Sequence record: HM173637
Source: Escherichia phage HK75
Direction: 5' to 3' (one strand)
DNA: 36,661 bases
In this document: positions 1-8,434 of the stretch, piece after piece
Position numbering within the stretch: position 1 is the stretch's first letter
Layout: the number at the start of each line of letters is the position of its first letter
The notes under the pieces: generated by a model
Told to the model about the DNA's origin: nothing
What the model saw: only the letters and a program-made list of their open reading frames with translations
The model's database searches: none
Program-made: the position numbers and the translations under genes

Positions 1-49
1 GTTTGAATTTAACGCTAACCCGATTTTTTTAGTTTTAAGGTGTTGACAT

Positions 50-535
50 ATGGCAGATAAACGAATCCGTTCCGACAGTTCGGCGGCAGCGGTTCAGGCC
101 ATGAAAAATGCAGCTGTGGACACCATCGATCCGCCGTCCCATGCAGGTTTGGAGAAAAAAGCCGAACCATTCTGGCATGACAATATCAGATCGAAAGCTC
201 TGGACAGCTGGACGCCTGCCGACCTTCTAGCCGCCGTAGAACTTGCTAATAATCAGCTCTATATCACCGTTTTACGCAAGGATTTACGCAAAGAAGAGCG
301 CATACGCGGGGAGGAGCGAGACGAAGGCCTTATAAAAGACCTCCGCAAGCAAATTGTTGAGCTACAACGAACTATCCTGGCTCAGCGCCGCGACCTCCAG
401 ATCCACTCCCACGCAACCAACGGCGAAAGTCGCGACCAGAAGAAACGTAATCAGAACGATCGTGATGCACGGAATACCAAAAACGAGCATCAGGACCAGG
501 ACGATAACCTGATCGCCTTTCCCAAGCACGGATAA
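50..535 (+). CDS. Terminase small subunit (P27/HK97-type)
   Basis: 161-aa charged protein immediately upstream of and co-oriented with the large terminase; AAGGTG RBS at 36-41. Confidence 0.6.
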   Translation: MADKRIRSDSSAAAVQAMKNAAVDTIDPPSHAGLEKKAEPFWHDNIRSKALDSWTPADLLAAVELANNQLYITVLRKDLRKEERIRGEERDEGLIKDLRKQIVELQRTILAQRRDLQIHSHATNGESRDQKKRNQNDRDARNTKNEHQDQDDNLIAFPKHG

Positions 536-541
536 AAGACT

Positions 542-2056
542 ATGACGCGAGGTGAGCGTGTAATAGCGTTCATTGAGCGCTTTTGCATCGTGCCAGAAGG
601 CAAGCTTATCGGCCAACCTATGCGGTTGGACCCCTTTCAGAAAGATTTCATCCTGGCGGTTTACGACAATCCAGCCGGAACGGATATGGCGATCCTCAGC
701 ATCGCCCGAAAAAATGGTAAGACTGGCCTGATTGCCGGAATTCTGCTGGCTCACCTGGTGGGGCCTGAAGCGGTGCAGAACACGCAGATTGTCAGCGGTG
801 CACTCAGCCGGGAACAGGCGGCCATCGTTTTTAACCTCGCGGTGAAGATGGTTAACCTGAACCCCAAGCTGCAGGAGATTGTGCACATTACGCCCAGCGG
901 CAAAAAGCTGATCGGCCTGCCGTGTAACGTCGAATACAAGGCTTTATCCGCAGAAGGTAAGACGACGCACGGCCTTTCCCCCATTCTGGCCATTCTCGAT
1001 GAAACAGGGCAGGTTAGGGGCCCGCAGGATGATTTTATCGATGCAATAACTACGGCGCAGGGGGCTCATGAAAACCCGCTGCTAATCGTTATCAGTACGC
1101 AGGCAGCAAACGATGCTGACCTGCTTAGCATCTGGATTGATGATGCGGTCAAATCGAAAGATCCGCACATCGTGTGCCACGTTTATGAAGCGCCAAAAGA
1201 CGCTGATATCAGTAAACGCGAGTCCTGGCTGGCTGCGAACCCGGCACTGGGAACATTCAGGTCAGAAAAAGACATGGCGCGCCAGGCTGAGAAAGCTGGC
1301 CGAATGCCAAGCTTCGAAAACACCTTCCGAAACCTCAACCTCAATCAGCGCGTGTCTACCGTATCGCCGTTTATCTCCCGCAGCGTGTGGGAGCTTTGCG
1401 GAGAGATGCCGATTAACACCCCGAGGAAGTGGTACGCGGGGCTGGATCTGTCAGCCAGGAACGACTTAACGGCGCTGGTTATCGCTGGTGAAGCAGATGA
1501 TGGTGTCTGGGATGTTTTCCCCTTCTTCTGGACACCGCAAAAGACTCTTGAAGAGCGAACCAAAACGGACCGAGCACCCTATGACGTTTGGGTGAGGGAG
1601 GGGCTGCTGCGCACCACGCCAGGAGCTTCGGTGGATTACTCATTCGTCGTTGCGGATATCGCTGAAATTATCGGTGATTTCGACCTTACCTCGATGGCTT
1701 TTGACCGCTGGCGCATTGACCAGTTCAGGAAGGATGCCGATGCCATTGGGCTGAGCCTCCCGCTGGTCGAGTTCGGCCAGGGCTTTAAGGATATGGGGCC
1801 AGCTGTAGACACGCTGGAGTCTCTGATGCTTAACGGGCGCGTGAGGCATGGCATGCACCCCGTATTAACGATGTGTGCTGTGAATGCGGTGGTGGTGAAA
1901 GATGCTGCTGGCAACCGCAAGCTCGATAAATCCAAAGCAACGGGCCGTATTGATGGCATGGTCGCAATGACAATGTCCGTTGGTGCTGCTAATGGGGAAG
2001 TTACCGAACAGGGTGGTGACTTCGACGACTTCATTTTCCGACCGCTGAGCATGTGA
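542..2056 (+). CDS. Terminase large subunit
   Basis: 504-aa ORF preceding the portal gene; size and position typical of an HK97-type TerL; stop overlaps the portal start. Confidence 0.85.
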   Translation: MTRGERVIAFIERFCIVPEGKLIGQPMRLDPFQKDFILAVYDNPAGTDMAILSIARKNGKTGLIAGILLAHLVGPEAVQNTQIVSGALSREQAAIVFNLAVKMVNLNPKLQEIVHITPSGKKLIGLPCNVEYKALSAEGKTTHGLSPILAILDETGQVRGPQDDFIDAITTAQGAHENPLLIVISTQAANDADLLSIWIDDAVKSKDPHIVCHVYEAPKDADISKRESWLAANPALGTFRSEKDMARQAEKAGRMPSFENTFRNLNLNQRVSTVSPFISRSVWELCGEMPINTPRKWYAGLDLSARNDLTALVIAGEADDGVWDVFPFFWTPQKTLEERTKTDRAPYDVWVREGLLRTTPGASVDYSFVVADIAEIIGDFDLTSMAFDRWRIDQFRKDADAIGLSLPLVEFGQGFKDMGPAVDTLESLMLNGRVRHGMHPVLTMCAVNAVVVKDAAGNRKLDKSKATGRIDGMVAMTMSVGAANGEVTEQGGDFDDFIFRPLSM

Positions 2057-3330
2057 TGGAAGAACCTAAATACACGATTGACCTGCGAACCAATAACGGC
2101 TGGTGGGCAAGGCTGCAGTCCTGGTTTGTCGGCGGGCGTTTAGTCACCCCAAATCAGGGCTCACAGACGGGGCCTGTTTCGGCCCACGGACACCTGGGCG
2201 ATTCATCCATTAACGATGAACGGATACTGCAAATTTCGACTGTGTGGCGCTGCGTGAGCCTGATTTCAACGCTCACGGCATGCTTACCGCTTGATGTCTT
2301 CGAAACAGACCAGAATGACAACCGTAAAAAAGTGGATTTGAGCAATCCACTGGCGCGACTGCTGCGCTACTCACCGAATCAGTACATGACCGCCCAAGAA
2401 TTCAGGGAGGCCATGACGATGCAGCTCTGTTTCTACGGTAACGCATATGCACTTGTGGACCGCAACAGCGCAGGTGACGTGATCAGCCTACTCCCGCTTC
2501 AGTCTGCCAATATGGATGTGAAACTCGTCGGAAAAAAAGTGGTTTATCGCTATCAACGCGACAGCGAATACGCCGACTTTTCGCAGAAAGAGATTTTTCA
2601 CCTTAAAGGCTTCGGATTCACCGGGCTTGTAGGCCTGTCACCCATTGCTTTTGCCTGTAAATCGGCAGGTGTGGCAGTTGCGATGGAGGACCAGCAGCGA
2701 GATTTCTTTGCCAACGGCGCCAAGTCTCCGCAAATCCTCTCAACTGGCGAAAAAGTGCTAACTGAACAGCAGCGCTCCCAGGTCGAAGAGAACTTCAAAG
2801 AGATCGCCGGCGGCCCGGTAAAAAAACGCCTCTGGATTCTGGAAGCGGGTTTTTCTACATCGGCAATTGGCGTAACTCCGCAGGATGCCGAAATGATGGC
2901 GTCCCGAAAATTTCAGGTAAGTGAACTGGCGCGATTCTTTGGCGTACCGCCTCACCTTGTCGGCGACGTCGAGAAATCAACGAGCTGGGGATCGGGCATC
3001 GAGCAGCAGAATCTCGGCTTCCTGCAGTACACCCTGCAGCCCTATATCTCCAGGTGGGAAAACAGCATTCAGCGGTGGCTTATTCCTGCTAAGGATGTTG
3101 GCCGCATTCATGCTGAGCACAACCTCGACGGCCTGCTGAGGGGCGATTCGGCATCCCGCGCTGCCTTTATGAAGGCAATGGGAGAGGCAGGGCTACGCAC
3201 CATCAACGAGATGCGACGAACGGACAACCTCCCGCCATTGCCGGGTGGCGATGTGGCAATGCGCCAGTCGCAATACGTGCCGATCACCGATTTAGGAACC
3301 AACAAAGAGCCCCGTAATAACGGGGCTTAA
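2053..3330 (+). CDS. Portal protein (HK97 family)
   Basis: 425-aa ORF between terminase and prohead protease; GTG at 2053 or ATG at 2056 overlaps the TerL stop. Confidence 0.8.
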   Translation: MMEEPKYTIDLRTNNGWWARLQSWFVGGRLVTPNQGSQTGPVSAHGHLGDSSINDERILQISTVWRCVSLISTLTACLPLDVFETDQNDNRKKVDLSNPLARLLRYSPNQYMTAQEFREAMTMQLCFYGNAYALVDRNSAGDVISLLPLQSANMDVKLVGKKVVYRYQRDSEYADFSQKEIFHLKGFGFTGLVGLSPIAFACKSAGVAVAMEDQQRDFFANGAKSPQILSTGEKVLTEQQRSQVEENFKEIAGGPVKKRLWILEAGFSTSAIGVTPQDAEMMASRKFQVSELARFFGVPPHLVGDVEKSTSWGSGIEQQNLGFLQYTLQPYISRWENSIQRWLIPAKDVGRIHAEHNLDGLLRGDSASRAAFMKAMGEAGLRTINEMRRTDNLPPLPGGDVAMRQSQYVPITDLGTNKEPRNNGA

Positions 3331-3335
3331 TTTTT

Positions 3336-4025
3336 ATGGGGGCCGTAATGCCTGAAATCGTAAAAACGCTGTCCTTCGACGAGACAGAAATCAAATTCAC
3401 CGGTGACGGTAAACAGGGGATTTTTGAAGGCTACGCCTCTGTTTTTAATAACACCGATTCCGATGGCGACATCATTCTGCCCGGGGCGTTTAAAAACGCG
3501 CTGGCGAACCAGACCCGAAAAGTGGCGATGTTTTTTAACCACAGGACGTGGGAACTGCCGGTTGGCAAATGGGACAGCCTGGCTGAAGACGAAAAAGGCC
3601 TGTATGTGCGCGGTCAACTTACCCCAGGACACAGCGGCGCCGCTGACCTGAAAGCGGCAATGCAGCACGGTACGGTTGAAGGTATGTCGGTTGGCTTTTC
3701 CGTTTCGAAAGACGATTACACCATCATTCCAACAGGCCGCATTTTTAAGAATATCCAGGCTCTGCGCGAAATCAGCGTCTGCACTTTCCCCGCCAACGAA
3801 CAGGCTGGCATCGCAGCCATGAAAAGTGTCGATGGTATTGAAACGATTCGTGATGTGGAGAACTGGCTGAGGGATTCAGTCGGCCTCACCAAATCACAGG
3901 CAGTTGGGCTAATTGCCCGGTTTAAGTCAGCGATTCGGAGCGAGTCCGAGGGCGACGGAAACGAAGCACAAATAAACGCTCTGCTTCAGAGCATCAAATC
4001 TTTCCCTTCTAACTTAGGTAAATAA
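3336..4025 (+). CDS. Prohead maturation protease (HK97 family)
   Basis: 229-aa ORF between portal and major capsid genes, canonical HK97 order. Confidence 0.7.
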   Translation: MGAVMPEIVKTLSFDETEIKFTGDGKQGIFEGYASVFNNTDSDGDIILPGAFKNALANQTRKVAMFFNHRTWELPVGKWDSLAEDEKGLYVRGQLTPGHSGAADLKAAMQHGTVEGMSVGFSVSKDDYTIIPTGRIFKNIQALREISVCTFPANEQAGIAAMKSVDGIETIRDVENWLRDSVGLTKSQAVGLIARFKSAIRSESEGDGNEAQINALLQSIKSFPSNLGK

Positions 4026-4027
4026 TT

Positions 4028-5185
4028 ATGTCTGAACTCGCTCTCATTCAAAAAGCTATCGAAGAATCCCAGCAGAAAATGACCCAGCTTTTCAATGCGC
4101 AGAAAGCAGAAATCGAAAGCACAGGCCAGGTTTCCAAACAGTTGCAGTCCGACCTGATGAAAGTACAGGAAGAGCTGACCAAATCCGGCACTCGCCTCTT
4201 CGATCTGGAACAGAAACTGGCATCCGGCGCTGAGAATCCTGGTGAGAAGAAATCCTTCTCTGAACGGGCTGCTGAAGAGCTTATTAAGTCATGGGACGGT
4301 AAACAGGGCACCTTTGGCGCTAAAACGTTTAACAAGTCACTAGGCAGTGACGCTGATTCGGCTGGCTCACTGATCCAGCCTATGCAGATCCCAGGCATCA
4401 TCATGCCAGGCCTGCGCCGTCTTACCATTCGTGATCTGCTGGCTCAGGGCCGCACTTCCAGTAACGCTCTGGAATATGTGCGTGAAGAGGTGTTTACCAA
4501 TAACGCCGACGTGGTGGCAGAGAAAGCACTGAAGCCAGAATCGGATATCACCTTCAGCAAACAAACCGCGAACGTGAAGACCATCGCGCACTGGGTGCAG
4601 GCATCACGTCAGGTGATGGATGATGCGCCAATGCTTCAGTCCTACATTAACAACCGCCTCATGTACGGCCTGGCACTGAAGGAAGAGGGCCAGCTGCTGA
4701 ACGGCGACGGTACCGGGGATAACCTGGAAGGGCTGAACAAAGTGGCAACCGCCTATGACACCTCGCTGAATGCCACCGGCGACACCCGCGCTGACATTAT
4801 CGCTCACGCTATTTATCAGGTGACCGAGTCTGAGTTCAGCGCTTCCGGTATCGTCCTGAACCCGCGCGACTGGCACAACATCGCGTTGCTGAAAGACAAT
4901 GAAGGCCGCTATATCTTCGGTGGTCCTCAGGCATTCACCAGTAACATCATGTGGGGCTTGCCAGTGGTTCCGACTAAGGCGCAGGCCGCCGGCACCTTTA
5001 CCGTAGGCGGTTTCGATATGGCCTCACAGGTCTGGGATCGCATGGATGCCACCGTGGAAGTTAGCCGTGAAGACCGCGATAACTTCGTGAAAAACATGCT
5101 GACCATCCTGTGCGAAGAGCGTCTGGCGCTGGCGCATTATCGCCCGACAGCAATCATCAAGGGCACCTTCTCTTCTGGCTCATGA
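4028..5185 (+). CDS. Major capsid protein (HK97 fold)
   Basis: 385-aa ORF directly after the protease; N-terminal coiled-coil delta-domain-like region followed by capsid body; hairpin attenuator immediately downstream. Confidence 0.85.
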   Translation: MSELALIQKAIEESQQKMTQLFNAQKAEIESTGQVSKQLQSDLMKVQEELTKSGTRLFDLEQKLASGAENPGEKKSFSERAAEELIKSWDGKQGTFGAKTFNKSLGSDADSAGSLIQPMQIPGIIMPGLRRLTIRDLLAQGRTSSNALEYVREEVFTNNADVVAEKALKPESDITFSKQTANVKTIAHWVQASRQVMDDAPMLQSYINNRLMYGLALKEEGQLLNGDGTGDNLEGLNKVATAYDTSLNATGDTRADIIAHAIYQVTESEFSASGIVLNPRDWHNIALLKDNEGRYIFGGPQAFTSNIMWGLPVVPTKAQAAGTFTVGGFDMASQVWDRMDATVEVSREDRDNFVKNMLTILCEERLALAHYRPTAIIKGTFSSGS

Positions 5186-5191
5186 TGGAGG

Positions 5192-5214
5192 GGGCGGGGA
5201 AACCCGCCCTTTTA
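5192..5214 (+). terminator. Intrinsic terminator/attenuator after major capsid gene
   Basis: GGGCGGG-gaaa-CCCGCCC hairpin followed by TTTTAA. Confidence 0.45.
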
Positions 5215-5218
5215 ACGT

Positions 5219-5545
5219 ATGGCGATAGATGTTCTGGATGTAATTTCCCTCAGTCTGTTTAAGCAGCAGATTGAGTTTGAGGAAGACGACAGGGACGAGC
5301 TGATCACGCTGTACGCCCAGGCCGCTTTTGACTACTGCATGCGCTGGTGCGATGAACCAGCATGGAAGGTTGCGGCTGATATTCCTGCCGCCGTTAAGGG
5401 CGCCGTTCTGCTTGTCTTTGCTGACATGTTTGAACACCGGACGGCACAAAGCGAAGTGCAGCTTTATGAGAATGCAGCCGCCGAACGCATGATGTTCATT
5501 CATCGCAACTGGCGCGGTAAAGCCGAATCAGAGGAGGGCTCCTGA
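5219..5545 (+). CDS. Head-tail connector (gp6-like)
   Basis: 108-aa ORF first after capsid; position and size. Confidence 0.5.
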   Translation: MAIDVLDVISLSLFKQQIEFEEDDRDELITLYAQAAFDYCMRWCDEPAWKVAADIPAAVKGAVLLVFADMFEHRTAQSEVQLYENAAAERMMFIHRNWRGKAESEEGS

Positions 5546-5883
5546 TGGAACCAGGACGATTCAGGCACCGGGTAAAAATTCTCACCTTCACGACTTCGCG
5601 CGATCCATCTGGTCAGCCGGTTGAATCGTGGACAGGTGGCAACCCGGTCCCGGCTGAGGTAAAGGGGATCAGCGGCAGAGAGCAGCTTTCAGGCGGCGCG
5701 GAAACGGCGCAGGCAACGATTCGCGTCTGGATGCGCTTCAGGTCAGAGCTGAATGCCTCTTCTCGTCTGGAAGTGCTCAGCGGCCCGTATAAAGGTCAGG
5801 TGCTAAATATCATCGGTCCTCCTGTAGCAAATGCGACTGGCACTCGCCTGGAAATTCTTTGCAAAACGGGAGCTGAAAAATGA
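5545..5883 (+). CDS. Head-tail adaptor / head closure protein
   Basis: 112-aa ORF, start overlaps the preceding stop (ATGA), canonical position. Confidence 0.5.
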   Translation: MEPGRFRHRVKILTFTTSRDPSGQPVESWTGGNPVPAEVKGISGREQLSGGAETAQATIRVWMRFRSELNASSRLEVLSGPYKGQVLNIIGPPVANATGTRLEILCKTGAEK

Positions 5884-6329
5884 TTGAGACGAGCCTCGAT
5901 TTTTCCGGGTTAAATGACATCGCAAAGGATCTGGAGGCGCTTAGCCGCGCTGAAAACAATAAGGTTCTTCGTGATGCCACCCGCGCCGGCGCGGAAGTGC
6001 TTAAGGAAGAAGTGATCGCCCGCGCGCCGGTGCGTACCGGGAAACTGAAAAAAAACGTGGTGGTGGTGACCCAAAAAAGCCGCCGTCGCGGGGAAATTTC
6101 TTCCGGCGTCCATATTCGTGGTGTTAACCCGCGCACCGGGAACAGCGATAACACGATGAAGGCTAATAACCCGAGAAACGCCTTTTACTGGCGATTCGTT
6201 GAGCTGGGTACCGCGAACATGCCTGCACATCCGTTTGTGCGACCCGCTTACGATACTCGCGAGGAAGAGGCCGCCAGCGTCGCCATTGCCAGGATGAATC
6301 AGGCTATTGATGAGGTATTGAGCAAGTGA
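5880..6329 (+). CDS. HK97 gp10-family tail component
   Basis: 149-aa ORF, translationally coupled, position in the head-tail joining block. Confidence 0.55.
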   Translation: MIETSLDFSGLNDIAKDLEALSRAENNKVLRDATRAGAEVLKEEVIARAPVRTGKLKKNVVVVTQKSRRRGEISSGVHIRGVNPRTGNSDNTMKANNPRNAFYWRFVELGTANMPAHPFVRPAYDTREEEAASVAIARMNQAIDEVLSK

Positions 6330-6673
6330 ATGAAGATAATATCTACGCCTTGCTTTCTCCCCTGGCAGAAGGACGGGTATATCCCTATGTTGCGCCATTA
6401 GGTAGTGACGGTAAACCGTCTGTCTCTCCACCCTGGATTATCTTTTCCATCGTCGATGATGTTTCCGCTGACGTGCTGTGTGGTCAGGCAGAGAGCAGGG
6501 TTTCCGTTCAGGTCGATGTGTATTCCACTTCGATCGCTGAATCACGATCCCTGAGAGATTTGGTGCTCGCTTCGCTTGAGCCGTTAACCCCTACAGAGGT
6601 GGTAAAAATACCCGGGTACGAGCCAGATTATCGGCTCTACCGTGCCACCCTGGATTTTAAAGTTACCCCCTGA
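6326..6673 (+). CDS. Tail completion/terminator-like protein
   Basis: 115-aa ORF, GTG start overlapping the previous stop, last gene before the major tail protein. Confidence 0.4.
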   Translation: MNEDNIYALLSPLAEGRVYPYVAPLGSDGKPSVSPPWIIFSIVDDVSADVLCGQAESRVSVQVDVYSTSIAESRSLRDLVLASLEPLTPTEVVKIPGYEPDYRLYRATLDFKVTP

Positions 6674-6692
6674 CAATTAATTCACCCAACGA

Positions 6693-6719
6693 ACCCGCCA
6701 GATGGCGGGTTTTCTTTTT
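6693..6719 (+). terminator. Hairpin plus T-run upstream of major tail gene
   Basis: ACCCGCC-agat-GGCGGGT followed by TTTTCTTTTT. Confidence 0.35.
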
Positions 6720-6732
6720 CCAGGAGACAGCT

Positions 6733-7437
6733 ATGTCTGCACTTTATGAAAAATCGCAGCTGACGAAGATCCTTATTTCCTCCCTGCCGTCCACCAAAGA
6801 AACGATGGATTCCGCCACCTTTCTCGATCTGAGTTGCACCATCAAAGAAATTCAGTTCACTGGTGGCCAGAAGCAGGATATCGACGTAACAACACTTTGC
6901 TCTACCGAGCAGGAGAACATCAACGGCCTGCCTTCTCCGTCAGAAATCTCTCTGTCCGGCAACTTCTACAATAATCCAGCGCAGGACGCCTTGCGTGATG
7001 CGTATGACAACGACACCACTTACGGCTTCCAGATCATCTTCCCGTCAGGTAATGGTTTTAAGTTCCTGGCCGAAGTTCGCCAGCATACCTGGTCATCTGG
7101 TACCAATGGTGTTGTGGCAGCTACATTCTCACTGCGCCTTAAAGGCAAGCCTGTCCCGATTGACTCTGTACTTAAACTGACCACTGATCTTCCTTCCTCA
7201 CTGTCTGTAGCGGTGGGGGCTGCGATCAGCATGGCTGTAGTAGCTGCCGGTGGTAAGCCTCCGTATGCCTACACCTGGAAGAAGGCAGGTAGCACCGTCA
7301 GCGGGCAGACATCCGATACCTTTAATAAAGCCACCGCAGTTTCAGGTGATGCAGGTGATTACACCTGTGTGGTTACGGATTCTTCTTCTCCGGTCAAAAC
7401 GGTTACCTCAGCTGCCTGCACCCTTACTATCAGTTAA
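6733..7437 (+). CDS. Major tail protein with C-terminal Ig-like domain (lambda V-like)
   Basis: 234 aa; Ser/Thr/Val-rich C-terminal segment resembling a Big_2 Ig-like domain; precedes G/T chaperone genes. Confidence 0.7.
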   Translation: MSALYEKSQLTKILISSLPSTKETMDSATFLDLSCTIKEIQFTGGQKQDIDVTTLCSTEQENINGLPSPSEISLSGNFYNNPAQDALRDAYDNDTTYGFQIIFPSGNGFKFLAEVRQHTWSSGTNGVVAATFSLRLKGKPVPIDSVLKLTTDLPSSLSVAVGAAISMAVVAAGGKPPYAYTWKKAGSTVSGQTSDTFNKATAVSGDAGDYTCVVTDSSSPVKTVTSAACTLTIS

Positions 7438-7471
7438 TGGAGATGCCGGGTTGTCCCGGCATGGATAAGCG

Positions 7472-7858
7472 ATGTCGCAAACTTTAAAACAATTAGCCAT
7501 GGCGAAAATGGCTGGCTTTCGCCATAAGACGGTCGTTGTCCCTGAGTGGGAAGGTGTCAAAGTGGTTCTCCGTGAGCCGTCAGGTGAAGCCTGGCTGCGC
7601 TGGCAGGAGGTGGTGAAAGGGGGGGCCGACGATGAAAATGTGTCGGTATCGGAAAAGGCGCACCGTAATCTTTGCGCTGACGTGGTGCTCTTCATTGACG
7701 TTCTGTGTGACACCGATAAGCAACCGGTATTCAGCGTAGACGAAGAAGAGCAGGTGCGTGAAATCTACGGGCCCGTGCACTCACGTCTGCTCAAACAGGC
7801 GCTTGACCTGATCAACAATGCGGACGAAGCGCGGGAAAAGTCTCAACCCCCGGCGTAA
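7472..7858 (+). CDS. Tail assembly chaperone (lambda G-like)
   Basis: 128-aa ORF between major tail and tape measure genes; ends next to a slippery GGGAAAAG run. Confidence 0.6.
   Translation: MSQTLKQLAMAKMAGFRHKTVVVPEWEGVKVVLREPSGEAWLRWQEVVKGGADDENVSVSEKAHRNLCADVVLFIDVLCDTDKQPVFSVDEEEQVREIYGPVHSRLLKQALDLINNADEAREKSQPPA
7833..7840 (+). other. Candidate -1 programmed frameshift site (G to G-T fusion)
   Basis: cGGGAAAAG at the 3' end of the G-like ORF; the downstream ORF is open in the -1 frame from at least 7831. Confidence 0.45.
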
Positions 7859-7866
7859 AGTTTCTG

Positions 7867-8145
7867 ATGTCGCTTGCGCTCCGGATGGGGCGCACGCTCT
7901 CAGAGCTTCGGCAGAATATGACGGCAAGCGAGCTTCTGATGTGGATTGAGTACGACAGGCAAAGCCCGGTTGGCGATATTCGCGGTGATATCCATGCAGC
8001 GCAGATTGTCTCTGCCATCTACGGCTCGCAGGGGGCAAAAGTACCGCTGGACGATGCGATCCTGCGCTGGGGTGGTGATGAGCAATCAGAACCGAAGGAC
8101 CCGTTTGCAGGGCTTGAGGCGGCACTTACAGCTGCGACACAATAA
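7867..8145 (+). CDS. Tail assembly chaperone T-segment, probably expressed only as G-T frameshift fusion
   Basis: 92-aa ORF in the -1 frame relative to G, no convincing own RBS, conserved G/T arrangement of tailed phages. Confidence 0.5.
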   Translation: MSLALRMGRTLSELRQNMTASELLMWIEYDRQSPVGDIRGDIHAAQIVSAIYGSQGAKVPLDDAILRWGGDEQSEPKDPFAGLEAALTAATQ

Positions 8146-8202
8146 TTGCTTCACATGCCTTCAATGTAGCGATACGCTCTTTCCTTAAGTAAAGGAGGCG
8201 TT

Positions 8203-8391
8203 ATGGAACCACTGGTAGTAGTGTTTGGAATATTCGGCTGGCTGATAAATCTAATTGTGATTTTTTATTTATTACGGTTTAGCACAAGGGCAAATGAACA
8301 AGTTGAAGCCCTTAAAGAGATAAATAAAAAGCAAGATGCGCAAATAGATTTATTAATACAAGTCGCTCACCAAAGAAAAGACAGTTTATAA
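8203..8391 (+). CDS. Small single-pass membrane protein (moron A), unknown function
   Basis: 62 aa; AAGGAGG RBS at 8192-8198; N-terminal hydrophobic helix then charged tail with RFSTRANEQVEALKEI motif; AT-rich; own terminator. Confidence 0.5.
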   Translation: MEPLVVVFGIFGWLINLIVIFYLLRFSTRANEQVEALKEINKKQDAQIDLLIQVAHQRKDSL

Positions 8392-8397
8392 CTCACG

Positions 8398-8422
8398 ACC
8401 CGCTATCAAGCGGGTTTTTTTT
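8398..8422 (+). terminator. Intrinsic terminator after moron A
   Basis: ACCCGC-tatcaa-GCGGGT followed by TTTTTTTT. Confidence 0.6.
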
Positions 8423-8434
8423 ATGGGTGAAAAT

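Noticed and set aside
362-993. Minus-strand ORFs (174 aa and 80 aa) overlapping the terminase genes
   Set aside because: They lie antisense to well-supported terminase coding sequence, have no RBS and no recognisable features; typical shadow ORFs.
4048-4876. Several minus-strand ORFs inside the major capsid gene
   Set aside because: Antisense to the capsid gene; high-GC shadow frames without start context.
7445-7460. GCCGGG-ttgt-CCCGGC hairpin after the major tail gene as a terminator
   Set aside because: No T-run follows the stem, so it is more likely an mRNA structure than an intrinsic terminator.
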